A stretch of 24,000 bases of DNA. It comes from Streptosporangium sp. NPDC051022 (lineage in GTDB: Bacteria; Actinomycetota; Actinomycetes; Streptosporangiales; Streptosporangiaceae). Below the pieces are notes generated by a model. That model did not search any database and was not told the DNA's origin. It saw only the letters and a list, made by a program, of their open reading frames with translations. Position numbers and translations under genes: made by a program. Shown here one piece after another: positions 14,574-22,689 of the stretch. The stretch is from assembly GCF_040683035.1 (NCBI RefSeq), contig NZ_JBFBCF010000032.1, positions 47,503-71,502 on the forward strand. The letters run 5' to 3'. Numbering within the stretch: the stretch's first letter is position 1; every line of letters starts with the position of its first letter.

Positions 14574-15167
14574 CAGGGCCGGGCCGAGCGCCGGGTGTGG
14601 CGCCGGACCTCCGCCGATGACGGCCGAATTCCCGAAGCCACAGGTGGCGGTTGACCTGGTACGCCATTCCTGCGGATGAGCGCTGCCGTACGGCCCGCCG
14701 AATCGGTCCCGTGTTCGATGCCCTGAAGGCGCCGTGTCGATCAGAGTGACGGCCTGGGGTCGCCGCTGTCGGGTGATCCGTGAGTTGTGGCCGGAGCCGG
14801 GCCGATCACCGAGGCCCGTACAGGCCCTCGGCGTCGAACGGCGCGACCGGCGTCCGACCGTCTCGGGGCAGTCACCCGGACGCGGCCATCGGACCGTGCG
14901 GTCCGTCCCGGCTCGACGTCGTTCACGATGCCCGTGGCCGGTACGGCCGGCCGCGAGCAGTCGCGGCACTCATTGTTGGGGAACGCGACACCGGCCGGAC
15001 TCTCCGTACTGTCCAGAGGGGAACGGAAGTGACAGCCACGCTTCAAGACATATGGTAATAAAGAGTTATTTTTGGGATTAAAGGGATTGAATGATAAAAG
15101 ATTGAAAATCGTGTCCCTTTGGGAGTGGGGGAGAACTTAAGCTGGCCACGTTTGGGAACGATCCAAG

Positions 15168-15983
15168 GTGGTGTGCGTGTACGACCAGAATCCGCCAGGA
15201 TTTCACCAGCCTTCATATGGCTACGGGTATGCGGGGCCGCCGACCCTTACTCCCCCTCCCCCCAGGAACACCAGTGGTCTTGCCGTCGCCTCCCTGCTTC
15301 TCGGGATCTTCTGGCTGTGTGGCCTGGGAAGCCTTCTCGCTGTCATTCTCGGGCACATTGCTCTCTCGAATATTCGGACTGGCCGAGAAAAGGGCCACGG
15401 GATGGCCGTAACCGGTGTGGTGTTCGGATACGTCGGTCTTGTGGCCACGCTGTTCTTCTTCGTGGTGTCCGTGATGAGCTCCGGCTCCCCTGAGGAGAGA
15501 ACCGCGGTCGTCGCGACGGAGACGGCCGGAGCCCGAGAGGAGGTGGCCGGACCGCAGGGGAAGGACGCGGAGGAGGCCACACCCGTACCGTCGCCCACCA
15601 GGTCGGCCTTCGCGTGGAAGAGCTACAAACAACTCTCCGGCAGGGGGTTCGACAAACTGGTCAAGGACCCGGATGCCTACACCGGTGAGCGGTTCATCCT
15701 CTACGGCGAGGTCTTCCAGTTCGACGCGGCCACGGGGAACGACGCGTTCCTGGCGAATATCGGGCCCACCAAGCTACAGCCGTCCTCCGGTTACGTATCT
15801 TTCGATCAGAATGCCGCCTTCACCGGGCCGAAGTCCCGGCTCTCGGATGTGGTCAAGGGCGACCTGTTCCAGGTTTACGTGACCGTACTCGGAAGCTTCA
15901 GCTATGACACGCAGATGGGAGGAAACACGACGGTGCCCAGCTTCCGGATAGACCGGATCAAAGTTTACGGCAGTACCAAGTAG
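15168..15983 (+). CDS. DUF4190-domain membrane protein with an extracytoplasmic C-terminal domain (start 15168, 15171 or 15177)
   Basis: It has a Pro/Tyr/Gly-rich N-terminus, then GLAVASLLLGIFWLCGLGSLLAVILGHIALSNIR (the DUF4190 two-TM signature), and then a roughly 140-aa soluble domain. Confidence 0.8.
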   Translation: MVCVYDQNPPGFHQPSYGYGYAGPPTLTPPPPRNTSGLAVASLLLGIFWLCGLGSLLAVILGHIALSNIRTGREKGHGMAVTGVVFGYVGLVATLFFFVVSVMSSGSPEERTAVVATETAGAREEVAGPQGKDAEEATPVPSPTRSAFAWKSYKQLSGRGFDKLVKDPDAYTGERFILYGEVFQFDAATGNDAFLANIGPTKLQPSSGYVSFDQNAAFTGPKSRLSDVVKGDLFQVYVTVLGSFSYDTQMGGNTTVPSFRIDRIKVYGSTK

Positions 15984-16390
15984 CGGGCCGTCGCAGCGGA
16001 CTTTCTTCCCCGGAGTGCTATGACCGCCGGTTCACCCGAGCCTTTCGGGTCACATCGGCCGCCGTGCCCCCGGGGCGCCGCCTGTCCGCTGCCGCCCGCT
16101 GAGCATCGGGGCGGGGCGAGCAGGGCGGCCGGGCGGATCTCACCGATCGTCGTCGTGGGTCGCGGCGGCCGCAGGGCGTGGTGACCTGAGGTGTGGACGG
16201 CGGTAGCCGCCCCACCGGGGCATGGCCGCTCCGCCCGGCTGGGACGTATTCTTGCTGTCGCACACGAAAACGCGGTCCGGTTGGTAGCCCGGGCAGTGCT
16301 CGTCTCTCGTATCCGCCCTCTCCAGGGATGTCCGGTGTGCCGGAAGCGGCCTCGTCAGGCCGTCCTTCGGTATACCCCTGGGAGGGCGTC

Positions 16391-16822
16391 ATGGTTTCGC
16401 TGTCGGTTTACTTCGAGGGCCCCTTCTGGGTCGGTGTCCTGGAACTCGTCGAGGACGACGAGATCCGCGCGACGCGGTTCGTCCTCGGCTCGGAGCCCAC
16501 CGACCCGGAGCTCTACGAGTTCCTGATGCGGCACGGGAGCGCCCTCCTGGAACAGACCGCCAACGCGCGTGCCGTACCCGCCGGAACGCGCGCCGCGGGG
16601 GCCGAGGGGAAGGTCAACCCCAAGCGCGCCGCCAAACTCGCCGCCCGCGAGGCCGCCCGCGTGTCCACCAGGAGTACGGCCTCGCAGGAGGCCATGCGGA
16701 TCGAGCTGGAGAGCCGTAAGCGGGAGGCGGTGACCGACCACCGGGCCAGGAAGCAGGAGCTGGCCGAGTACAAGCGCGAGGTCGCCAGGAGGAAGCGCAT
16801 CGAACGCCGCAGGGACAGGTGA
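16391..16822 (+). CDS. YjdF/DUF2992-family protein
   Basis: ATG 16391 follows GGGAGGG. MVSLSVYFEGPFWVGVLELVEDDEIRATRFVLGSEP.D.ELYEF plus a Lys/Arg/Glu-rich tail (KVNPKRAAKLAARE...RKRIERRRDR) matches my memory of B. subtilis YjdF-like proteins. Confidence 0.75.
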   Translation: MVSLSVYFEGPFWVGVLELVEDDEIRATRFVLGSEPTDPELYEFLMRHGSALLEQTANARAVPAGTRAAGAEGKVNPKRAAKLAAREAARVSTRSTASQEAMRIELESRKREAVTDHRARKQELAEYKREVARRKRIERRRDR

Positions 16823-16851
16823 CCGGACACCGGGCCGGGGTCGGAGGCCCC

Positions 16852-16993
16852 CGGCCACCCAGACGTCATCGGCCACCCAGACGTCATCGGCCACCCAGAC
16901 GTCACCGGTCGCCTAGGTGTCACCGGTCGCCCAGACGCTGCCGATCGCTCAGGCACCGCCGGTCGTTCAGATCACCGGTCGTTCAGACGCCGC
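16852..16993 (-). repeat. Eight head-to-tail copies of an 18-nt unit (minus-strand consensus about GTGACGTCTGGGTGGCCG). They degenerate toward, and are contiguous with, the 3' end and stop codon of the SDR gene.
   Basis: The plus-strand units are CGGCCACCCAGACGTCAT x2, ..CAC, CGGTCGCCTAGGTGTCAC, CGGTCGCCCAGACGCTGC, CGATCGCTCAGGCACCGC, CGGTCGTTCAGATCAC and CGGTCGTTCAGACGCCGC. The last unit contains the SDR stop codon (16983-16985). An 8-bp hairpin (16833-16856) precedes the array. Confidence 0.85.
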
Positions 16994-17738
16994 CGGTCAC
17001 GGAGATCGCCTGGCCGGTGATGCCCGTGTTGGCCGCGGAGCCGAGATAGACGACCGCGTTGGCCACCTCGGCCGCGTCCAGCAGGCGGCGGATGGGCGCG
17101 CGGTCGCTGTAGGCGTCGCTGATCGGTTCGAGCCGCGACCTGTTGCGGGCGGTCGTGGTGAGGCCGGGCATGACCACGTTGGACAGGATGTCGCCGTCCC
17201 TGCCGAGGCTGAAGGCCGCCGAACGGTTGAACCCGTGCAGCGCGGCCTTGGCCGCCGCGTAGTACTCCGCGCCGATCATGCCGTCGGTCACGAGGCCGGA
17301 GGAGATGTGCACCAGGCGCCCGAAGCGGCGTTCACGCATGACCGGGGCCACCAGGCGGCTCAGCCCGATGTAGCCCTCGATGTTGCACCGCAACGTCTCC
17401 ACCCACTCCGCGTCGGGCACGTCCTCGAAGGACTGGTCCGGCGAGGGCCTCCGGCCGCCCGTGCGCAGGGCGTTGTTGACCAGCACGTCGATCCGGCCGG
17501 TCCACTCCAGGGCGGCGGCCACCAGGGCGGTGGCGGAGGTGGGGGCGCCCAGTTCGTAGGGGACCACCAGGGCGCGCTCGCCGATCTCCTTCGCCAGCGT
17601 CTCGACGTCGTCGCGTGCGTTCCGGTAGGTGAGCACCACGTCGGCGCCCTCGGCCGCGTACCCGCGGGCGATCTCCCTGCCGATGCCTCCGGACGCCCCG
17701 GTCACGATCACCGTGCGTCCGCTCAGTCCGAGGTCCAT
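16983..17738 (-). CDS. Short-chain dehydrogenase/reductase (SDR) family oxidoreductase
   Basis: The cofactor motif is TGASGGIGREIA, with NNA in LVNNAL and the catalytic ISSG...YYAAAK. Confidence 0.9.
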   Translation of the reverse strand: MDLGLSGRTVIVTGASGGIGREIARGYAAEGADVVLTYRNARDDVETLAKEIGERALVVPYELGAPTSATALVAAALEWTGRIDVLVNNALRTGGRRPSPDQSFEDVPDAEWVETLRCNIEGYIGLSRLVAPVMRERRFGRLVHISSGLVTDGMIGAEYYAAAKAALHGFNRSAAFSLGRDGDILSNVVMPGLTTTARNRSRLEPISDAYSDRAPIRRLLDAAEVANAVVYLGSAANTGITGQAISVTGGV

Positions 17739-17808
17739 GGGAAGCTCCTTGGTCGGTCACCCGGAAATCGGTTACCTGGACAATCGAAATCGAGCCGTGT
17801 GTTCCCGA

Positions 17809-18216
17809 TCACTTCAGCCGGAGGAGTGCGTCGCGCTGGGGTCGGGTCAGTTCGGACAGGAAGGCGTTCTCGGCGGTTCGCCACAGTTCGGTGACCGGTT
17901 CCTGCAGCGCCCTGCCCGCGTCGGTCAGCCAGAGCCGCTGGACGCGGGCGTCGGCCTCGTCGCGCCGCCGTACGACCAGGCCCTGCTTCTCCATACGGCG
18001 CAGCACCTGCGTGATGTTGGCGGGGGTGACTCCCGTCCGGGCGGCGAGAACACCCTGGCACAGGCCGTCCTCGCGCCAGAGCTGGGCCAGGTAGATCTCC
18101 TGGCCCAGGTGCAGGCCGAGAGTCTCCAGGCCGGCGGCGATCCGGCGCTTGTGCGGGCCGAGCCGGGCCAGGAGCGCGTACATCGCGCCGTCCAGCAGGC
18201 AGTAGCCATCCTCCAC
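17809..18216 (-). CDS. MarR-family transcriptional regulator (start uncertain; GTG 18216 or upstream to 18276)
   Basis: LGLHLGQEIYLAQLWREDGLCQGVLAARTGVTPANITQVLRRMEKQGLVVRRRDEADARVQRLWLTDAG is a MarR winged HTH. Confidence 0.8.
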   Translation of the reverse strand: MEDGYCLLDGAMYALLARLGPHKRRIAAGLETLGLHLGQEIYLAQLWREDGLCQGVLAARTGVTPANITQVLRRMEKQGLVVRRRDEADARVQRLWLTDAGRALQEPVTELWRTAENAFLSELTRPQRDALLRLK

Positions 18217-18228
18217 TTCTCGGAAGGT

Positions 18229-18244
18229 AGTTAACCCATTAACT
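18229..18244. promoter_or_regulatory. Inverted repeat AGTTAA-CCCA-TTAACT just upstream of the MarR gene. Candidate autoregulatory operator.
   Basis: Read directly. It is an AT-rich palindrome in an otherwise GC-rich context. Confidence 0.45.
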
Positions 18245-18361
18245 GATGTCAACGGGACTCCCGCCCACAATCCCACGGGGCCTCCAGCCCCGGCCGGACC
18301 GGAGGCCGACCGGAGGCTGGAGCGGAGAGAAGGGCCCCGCGGCCGTTCGGAGGCGGGTCGC

Positions 18362-19570
18362 TCACAGGTGGACGCGGGGGTCGGCCGACAGCGGGCGCGA
18401 CAGCCGTACGGTGATGAACTCGTCGTCGTCGGGCCTGCCCGGCGTACGGCCCGCCGAGAACGGGAAGTTGTTGTCGTTCAGCACGCCGAGGGTCCGGTCG
18501 TCGAGGATCACGACGTCCTCGATGGTCTGGAACGGGAAGCGGAAGGTCTCCCCGAACCCACCCAGGCCGCGGGGGTTGGCGAGGTCCAGCAGGTCGGCGA
18601 CCTGGGTCTTGCGCAGGTTCTGGTCGCGGGTGTCCACCAGGTAGATGCGCTTGGTCCTGGCCGCGTCACCCTGGAGGTTGTCGCGCTCGATCACCAGGAA
18701 CCGGTGCCGGTCGACCGCGATCATGTCGCCGATCGAGTTGTCCGGGCTGTCCAGCGGGTAGGTCCACCTCCTGGCGGTGTAGGACCGCTTGCGCAGGTCG
18801 AACTCGTACAGCCGCAGCGTCCCGGCCGGGTCGCCCGCCACGGTCCCCTCCAGCAGCGGGTAGAGGGTGCGGCCGTCGACCGAGCGGGCCATGCCCTCGA
18901 AGCCCTTGCTCGACGCCAGGTTCGGCTGCTCGCCGTTCAGGAACGGGTTCTCCGGCGCCTTCACGCCGGGCAGCGAGACCGGGGTCTCCAGCAGCCTGCC
19001 CGTGGACGAGAAGTGCAGCAGGAACGGGCCGAACTCGTCGCCGATCCAGTAGGTCCCGTCGGACGTCCGCACGGTCGACTCCACGTCGAAGTCGGCGCCG
19101 GTCAGCCTCCGGTCGGGGCGGGTCAGCGGCCAGGTCACGTGACCGTCCGGGTCGCTCAGGTCGAACCCGCCCAGCACCTCGACTTCGCCGCTGCGGAAGT
19201 CCGGCCTGATCCGGTGGACCCGCAGCAGGAAGTCGGCGCTGTTGGCCTTGGCGCCGTAGCCGTTGTCGGACAGCACGTCGAAGGTGCCGTCATGGCGCCG
19301 TACGACACCGCTGAAGCCCTGCACCGGCTGCCCGGTGAACGGCGGGGTCACCCCGTTGATCGGGGTGGTGCCGAGCAGGCCGCCCGACGGCTCGCTGCCG
19401 GGCACGAACGTCTGGGCGGGCAGGGAGGCCAGCCCGGTCAGGGTGGCCCGCCCGAAACCGGGGTTCCGGGGATCGCCGAGGCCGGGGTTCCGGGGGTCGG
19501 CCATCGCAGGCGCGGACATCGCCAGCGCCAGTACGGCCACGCCAAACGTGATCGCCATGCGTCGTCTCAT
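18362..19570 (-). CDS. Secreted 'esterase-like activity of phytase' family (phytase-like beta-propeller) protein
   Basis: ATG 19570, so the 151-aa N-terminal extension of the track ORF is rejected. The signal peptide is MRRRMAITFGVAVLALAMSAPAMA. The motifs SDNGYG, WIGDEFGP, SKGFEGMA and LNDNNFPF fit that family from memory. Confidence 0.8.
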   Translation of the reverse strand: MRRRMAITFGVAVLALAMSAPAMADPRNPGLGDPRNPGFGRATLTGLASLPAQTFVPGSEPSGGLLGTTPINGVTPPFTGQPVQGFSGVVRRHDGTFDVLSDNGYGAKANSADFLLRVHRIRPDFRSGEVEVLGGFDLSDPDGHVTWPLTRPDRRLTGADFDVESTVRTSDGTYWIGDEFGPFLLHFSSTGRLLETPVSLPGVKAPENPFLNGEQPNLASSKGFEGMARSVDGRTLYPLLEGTVAGDPAGTLRLYEFDLRKRSYTARRWTYPLDSPDNSIGDMIAVDRHRFLVIERDNLQGDAARTKRIYLVDTRDQNLRKTQVADLLDLANPRGLGGFGETFRFPFQTIEDVVILDDRTLGVLNDNNFPFSAGRTPGRPDDDEFITVRLSRPLSADPRVHL

Positions 19571-19665
19571 GGCGGGCACGTTAGGCAGTCCACGTGAACG
19601 GCCGATGTTGTGCCGCGGGCCGTACAGCGAAGAACCCCGCGCCCCGGAGACGCGGGGCCGCCCGG

Positions 19666-19750
19666 GGAGCGGGACCGGAGCGGGACCGGAGCGGGACCGG
19701 GGCGGGATCGAAGGGGGGCCGGGGCGGGATCGAAGGGGACCGGGCGGGGA
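19666..19750 (+). repeat. G-rich compound tandem repeat: GGAGCGGGACC x3, then GGGGCGGGATCGAAGGGG(GG)CC x2
   Basis: Read directly. It lies 96-180 nt upstream of the phytase-like start. The plus strand has at least 8 runs of 3 or more G. Confidence 0.8.
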
Positions 19751-20007
19751 GCAATGGGGCCATGCCGACGCCGAGGCACTCCCGCCGAGGGGCCAGGGCG
19801 CGTCCGTCGCCATCCGGTCCGTCATGGAGGTCTGGCCCGCGGCGGCCCCCAGGATTCCCGCCAGGACGGCGGACGGCTGGAGGCATCGGCCGATCATCGG
19901 GCTGAGCGCCACGCAGCCGCTGCTCTCAGCCGCTGCTCTCCGCCGAGTCGTCGTTCGAGAAGGCGGGCAGGCTGGAGCTCTACGGCACGGCGGCGGGCCG
20001 GAGCACC

Positions 20008-20277
20008 GTGCTCGCCCGGACACCCGACCTCGAGGGAGTACGGGGCTACTGCATACAGGACGTCGAGGTGGGGGCCGACGGTATCGTGTGGTGGGGCAAG
20101 ACTCCCAACGACCCGGGCGACCGGGCCGACTTCTGGGCGGTGCCCCGGACCGGCGGTGAGGAGTGCTCGCGGGCCGACGCCACCGCCGTCCCCCGCCCTC
20201 CGAACGCCCCCGTTCCCACGGGCAAGGTCAGGACGTGCACGACGGTCCAGAAGGGGGCGGCGAGGAGCTCACGGTAG
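20008..20277 (+). CDS. Possible small protein or C-terminal gene fragment (frame open from 19906)
   Basis: GC3 is very high in this frame (..LELYGTAAGRSTVLARTPDLEGVRGYCIQDVEVGADGIVWWGKTPNDPGDRADFWAVPRTGGEE..). There is no convincing start or RBS, and no family was recognised. Confidence 0.3.
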   Translation: MLARTPDLEGVRGYCIQDVEVGADGIVWWGKTPNDPGDRADFWAVPRTGGEECSRADATAVPRPPNAPVPTGKVRTCTTVQKGAARSSR

Positions 20278-20324
20278 TGAACCTCCTCGCCGGGAACTGA
20301 CCCCGCCCTCCAAGGGGGCCCGGA

Positions 20325-20960
20325 TCATCGTTCCGACGAGAGCTCCTGGGCCAGGATCGCCGCCTGGACGCGGCTGCGGAGCCCCAGCTTGTTCAGCAAC
20401 CTGCTGACGTGGGTCTTCGCGGTCGCCTCCGCCATGTCCAGCTCGACGGCGATCTCCGCGTTCGACAGGCCTCGCCCGATGCAGGCCAGCACCTCGTGCT
20501 CGCGCGGCGTCAGGCTGTCGATCTCGTACGGCCTGCGCTCCGGGACCGCCGCCCCGAACGCCGAGATCAGCTTCCGGGTGACCGACGGCGAGATCAGCCC
20601 GTCCCCCCTGGCCACCACCCGCAACGCCTCGACCAGCGCGTCGGCGTCGGTGTTCTTGAGCAGGAACCCGGCCGCCCCGGCCCGTAGCGCGCCGAAGACG
20701 TACTCGTCGATGTCGAAGGTGGTCAGGATGAGCACGTCCGTGACGCCGCTCAGCTCGCGGGTCGCGGAGATCCCGTCCAGTTTCGGCATGCGGATGTCCA
20801 TCAGCACCACGTCCGGCCGTAGCTCGCGGGCCATCGCCACGGCCTGCTCGCCGTCCGAGGCCTGCCCGACGACCTCGATGTCGTCGTGGCCGTCGAGGAT
20901 GAGGACGATTCCGGCGCGGACGGCCGCGTGATCGTCGGCGACAAGAACCCTGATGGTCAA
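20325..20960 (-). CDS. NarL/LuxR-family response regulator (REC plus LuxR HTH)
   Basis: TTG 20960 overlaps the kinase stop (a TTGA overlap), with GTG 20999 as an alternative. Motifs are IRVLVADDH, the phospho-acceptor region DVVLMDIRMP, and the LuxR HTH LTPREHEVLACIGRGLSNAEIAVELDMAEATAKTHVSRLLNKLGL. Confidence 0.9.
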   Translation of the reverse strand: MTIRVLVADDHAAVRAGIVLILDGHDDIEVVGQASDGEQAVAMARELRPDVVLMDIRMPKLDGISATRELSGVTDVLILTTFDIDEYVFGALRAGAAGFLLKNTDADALVEALRVVARGDGLISPSVTRKLISAFGAAVPERRPYEIDSLTPREHEVLACIGRGLSNAEIAVELDMAEATAKTHVSRLLNKLGLRSRVQAAILAQELSSER

Positions 20961-22567
20961 GAGATCTCCTCGGTCGGCAGCGCGGCGTGGACCCGCCACC
21001 CGCCGTCGTACGGCCCGGCTTCGAAGACACCGCCGAGCAGGGCGGCCCGTTCCCGCATTCCGATGATCCCGGCACCCGCGCCGGGAAACACCAGCGCCGT
21101 GTCCCCGGAGCCCGGATCAGTGGAAGATCTCGGACCCCTCTCGTACGGCTCCCGCCGGCTGTCCGAGAGCCTCCGTCCCCTCCTGGGGGATTTCCTCTCC
21201 GCGCCACGAGATCCCTGTCCCCGGCGGGGGAGCCCGCGCCCGGCGAAGGACGACCACACGGTCCCCGGCGGACCGGATAGACGGGAGAGAGCAGGGAGAC
21301 CGGTGGAGCGGGCAGAAGGGGTGGTACCGGAGAAAGCCTGCGATACCGGCTCCTCTTCCGCCTTCGTCTCCTTCTTCGAGAGGGATGCGTGGAGGACCTC
21401 CTCCGAGAGGCCTGAGAGGCCTGAGGGATCTGAGGGGTCTGAGAGATTCGAGAGCTCCGGGAGGGAGACGGGGAGGACCTCGGAGGGACGCTCGGGTGTG
21501 GGCGAGCCCACGACACCCCGTCTCGCGTCGCCCACCGGATTGTCCGCGGTGAGCGTGAGGATGCCGGGACCGTACCCGATCACCAGGTCGACGGTTCCGC
21601 CGCCGTGTTTGAGCGCGTTCGTCAGCGCCTCCTGGACGATCCGGTATCCGGCGAGGTCGACCGCCGCGGGCAGTTCCCGCGCCTCGCCCTCCACGCGCAG
21701 CCGTACCTCCAGGCCGGCCTTCCGCGCCCGCGCCACGAGGACGTCCGCCTCGGCCACCCGCCGCCGGGTCGTCTCGGCCTCCTCTCCGTCGCGCCGGAGA
21801 AGTTCGATCATGCTGCGCATCTCGGCCATGCCCTGGACGCTGTTCTCCCGGATCGACTCCAGGACGCCCTGTACGGTTCGCGCGTCGAGGTCCTTGCGGG
21901 AGAGCACGGCCGTGGACTGGATGGCGATCGCGCTGAAGTGATTGGCGATCATGTCGTGCAGTTCCCTGGCCATCCTGGTCCGCTCGGCGTCGACCGCCGC
22001 CCGCCGGTCCAGTTCGGCCAGCCGCGCGACCTGTTCGGCCCTGGCCCGCTCCGCCTCGGCCTGCTCGTGGGACTGCCGCACGATCAGGCCGGTGGAGACC
22101 GGGGTGGTCCCGACCAGGCCCAGCTCCACCACGATCATCGCCATGTAGCGCAGATCGTGCAGGACGACCCAGGCCACCGCGCCGCCGACGACGGCGAAGG
22201 CCGAGGTGATGCCGAGCAGCCACCTGCCCAGTCGGGGCGGGCCGTACCGGGTGGCGGCGTAGAGGTTGTCGGTGAAGATGACGATCGTGCCCAGGGAGTA
22301 TCCCACCAGCAGGTCCGCCGTGAACGCGACCAGCCCCAGCACGAGGGCGGCGACCGGGAAGGTGCGCCGTACCGCGACCCCGAGGCAGGTGATCAGCAGC
22401 GGTCCGGCGAGCACGTAGGCGGGCACCGTCGCGGGAAGGTCGGGCGCGATGGCGTGCAGGTAGCCGGGTGTCGGCCGATACGTGTAGGCGCCCACGGCGA
22501 GCAGGACGAGACCGCCCGCGAAACACACCGCCGCCCACAGCGCGTCGTCCCGTCTCATGCCCCTCAT
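20957..22567 (-). CDS. HisKA_3 (NarL-type) sensor histidine kinase with about 5 N-terminal TM helices and an unusually long low-complexity insertion in the ATP lid (start 22567, 22558 or 22621)
   Basis: The H-box is MARELHDMIANHFSAI, the N-box is IVQEALTNALKHG, and LTLTADNPVG is followed 155 aa later by GAGAGIIGMRERAALLGG. The reading frame is continuous. Confidence 0.85.
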   Translation of the reverse strand: MRGMRRDDALWAAVCFAGGLVLLAVGAYTYRPTPGYLHAIAPDLPATVPAYVLAGPLLITCLGVAVRRTFPVAALVLGLVAFTADLLVGYSLGTIVIFTDNLYAATRYGPPRLGRWLLGITSAFAVVGGAVAWVVLHDLRYMAMIVVELGLVGTTPVSTGLIVRQSHEQAEAERARAEQVARLAELDRRAAVDAERTRMARELHDMIANHFSAIAIQSTAVLSRKDLDARTVQGVLESIRENSVQGMAEMRSMIELLRRDGEEAETTRRRVAEADVLVARARKAGLEVRLRVEGEARELPAAVDLAGYRIVQEALTNALKHGGGTVDLVIGYGPGILTLTADNPVGDARRGVVGSPTPERPSEVLPVSLPELSNLSDPSDPSGLSGLSEEVLHASLSKKETKAEEEPVSQAFSGTTPSARSTGLPALSRLSGPPGTVWSSFAGRGLPRRGQGSRGAERKSPRRGRRLSDSRREPYERGPRSSTDPGSGDTALVFPGAGAGIIGMRERAALLGGVFEAGPYDGGWRVHAALPTEEIS

Positions 22568-22689
22568 CCCATCATTTCGGGAGGGAGACCGGATCCGGCT
22601 GGGGGCGGGCTCGCCGTACATCGAAGGATGTAGGCCGGTTCGTCAGCGCAGACGATGTTTCGCGGGGACGCGGCACCGACCATGAAACC

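Noticed and set aside
13314-14969. 551-aa minus-strand ORF, the second-longest ORF in the track after the kinase
   Set aside because: It runs antisense across or over the well-supported VOC gene frame neighbourhood and the 14112-14573 gene. Its composition is the Arg/Pro/Gly/Ala-rich pattern typical of wrong-frame ORFs in high-GC DNA, and it has no recognisable motif.
14741-15046. 101-aa minus-strand ORF (and overlapping plus-strand ORFs) in the 14574-15167 gap
   Set aside because: GC3 is only moderate, and there is no RBS, no recognisable motif and several mutually exclusive overlapping ORFs. It is left unannotated but could be a decayed gene.
16018-16392. 124-aa minus-strand ORF upstream of the YjdF-like gene
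   Set aside because: It has Arg/Pro-rich wrong-frame composition, and no start context or motif.
16852-16993. CRISPR array
   Set aside because: The repeat units are contiguous with no spacers, they degenerate gradually, and no cas genes are nearby.
18368-19597. 409-aa plus-strand ORF
   Set aside because: It is antisense to the phytase-like gene, which has a signal peptide and family motifs. Its composition is wrong-frame (R/G/P/V/A-rich).
20269-22538. Long minus-strand ORFs 20269-21516 (415 aa) and 21117-22538 (473 aa), and plus-strand ORFs 20886-21941 and 21605-22633
   Set aside because: They are alternative frames or antisense of the response regulator and histidine kinase genes, which carry clear REC/LuxR and H/N/G-box motifs. 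The competing ORFs are Arg/Pro-rich with no motifs.
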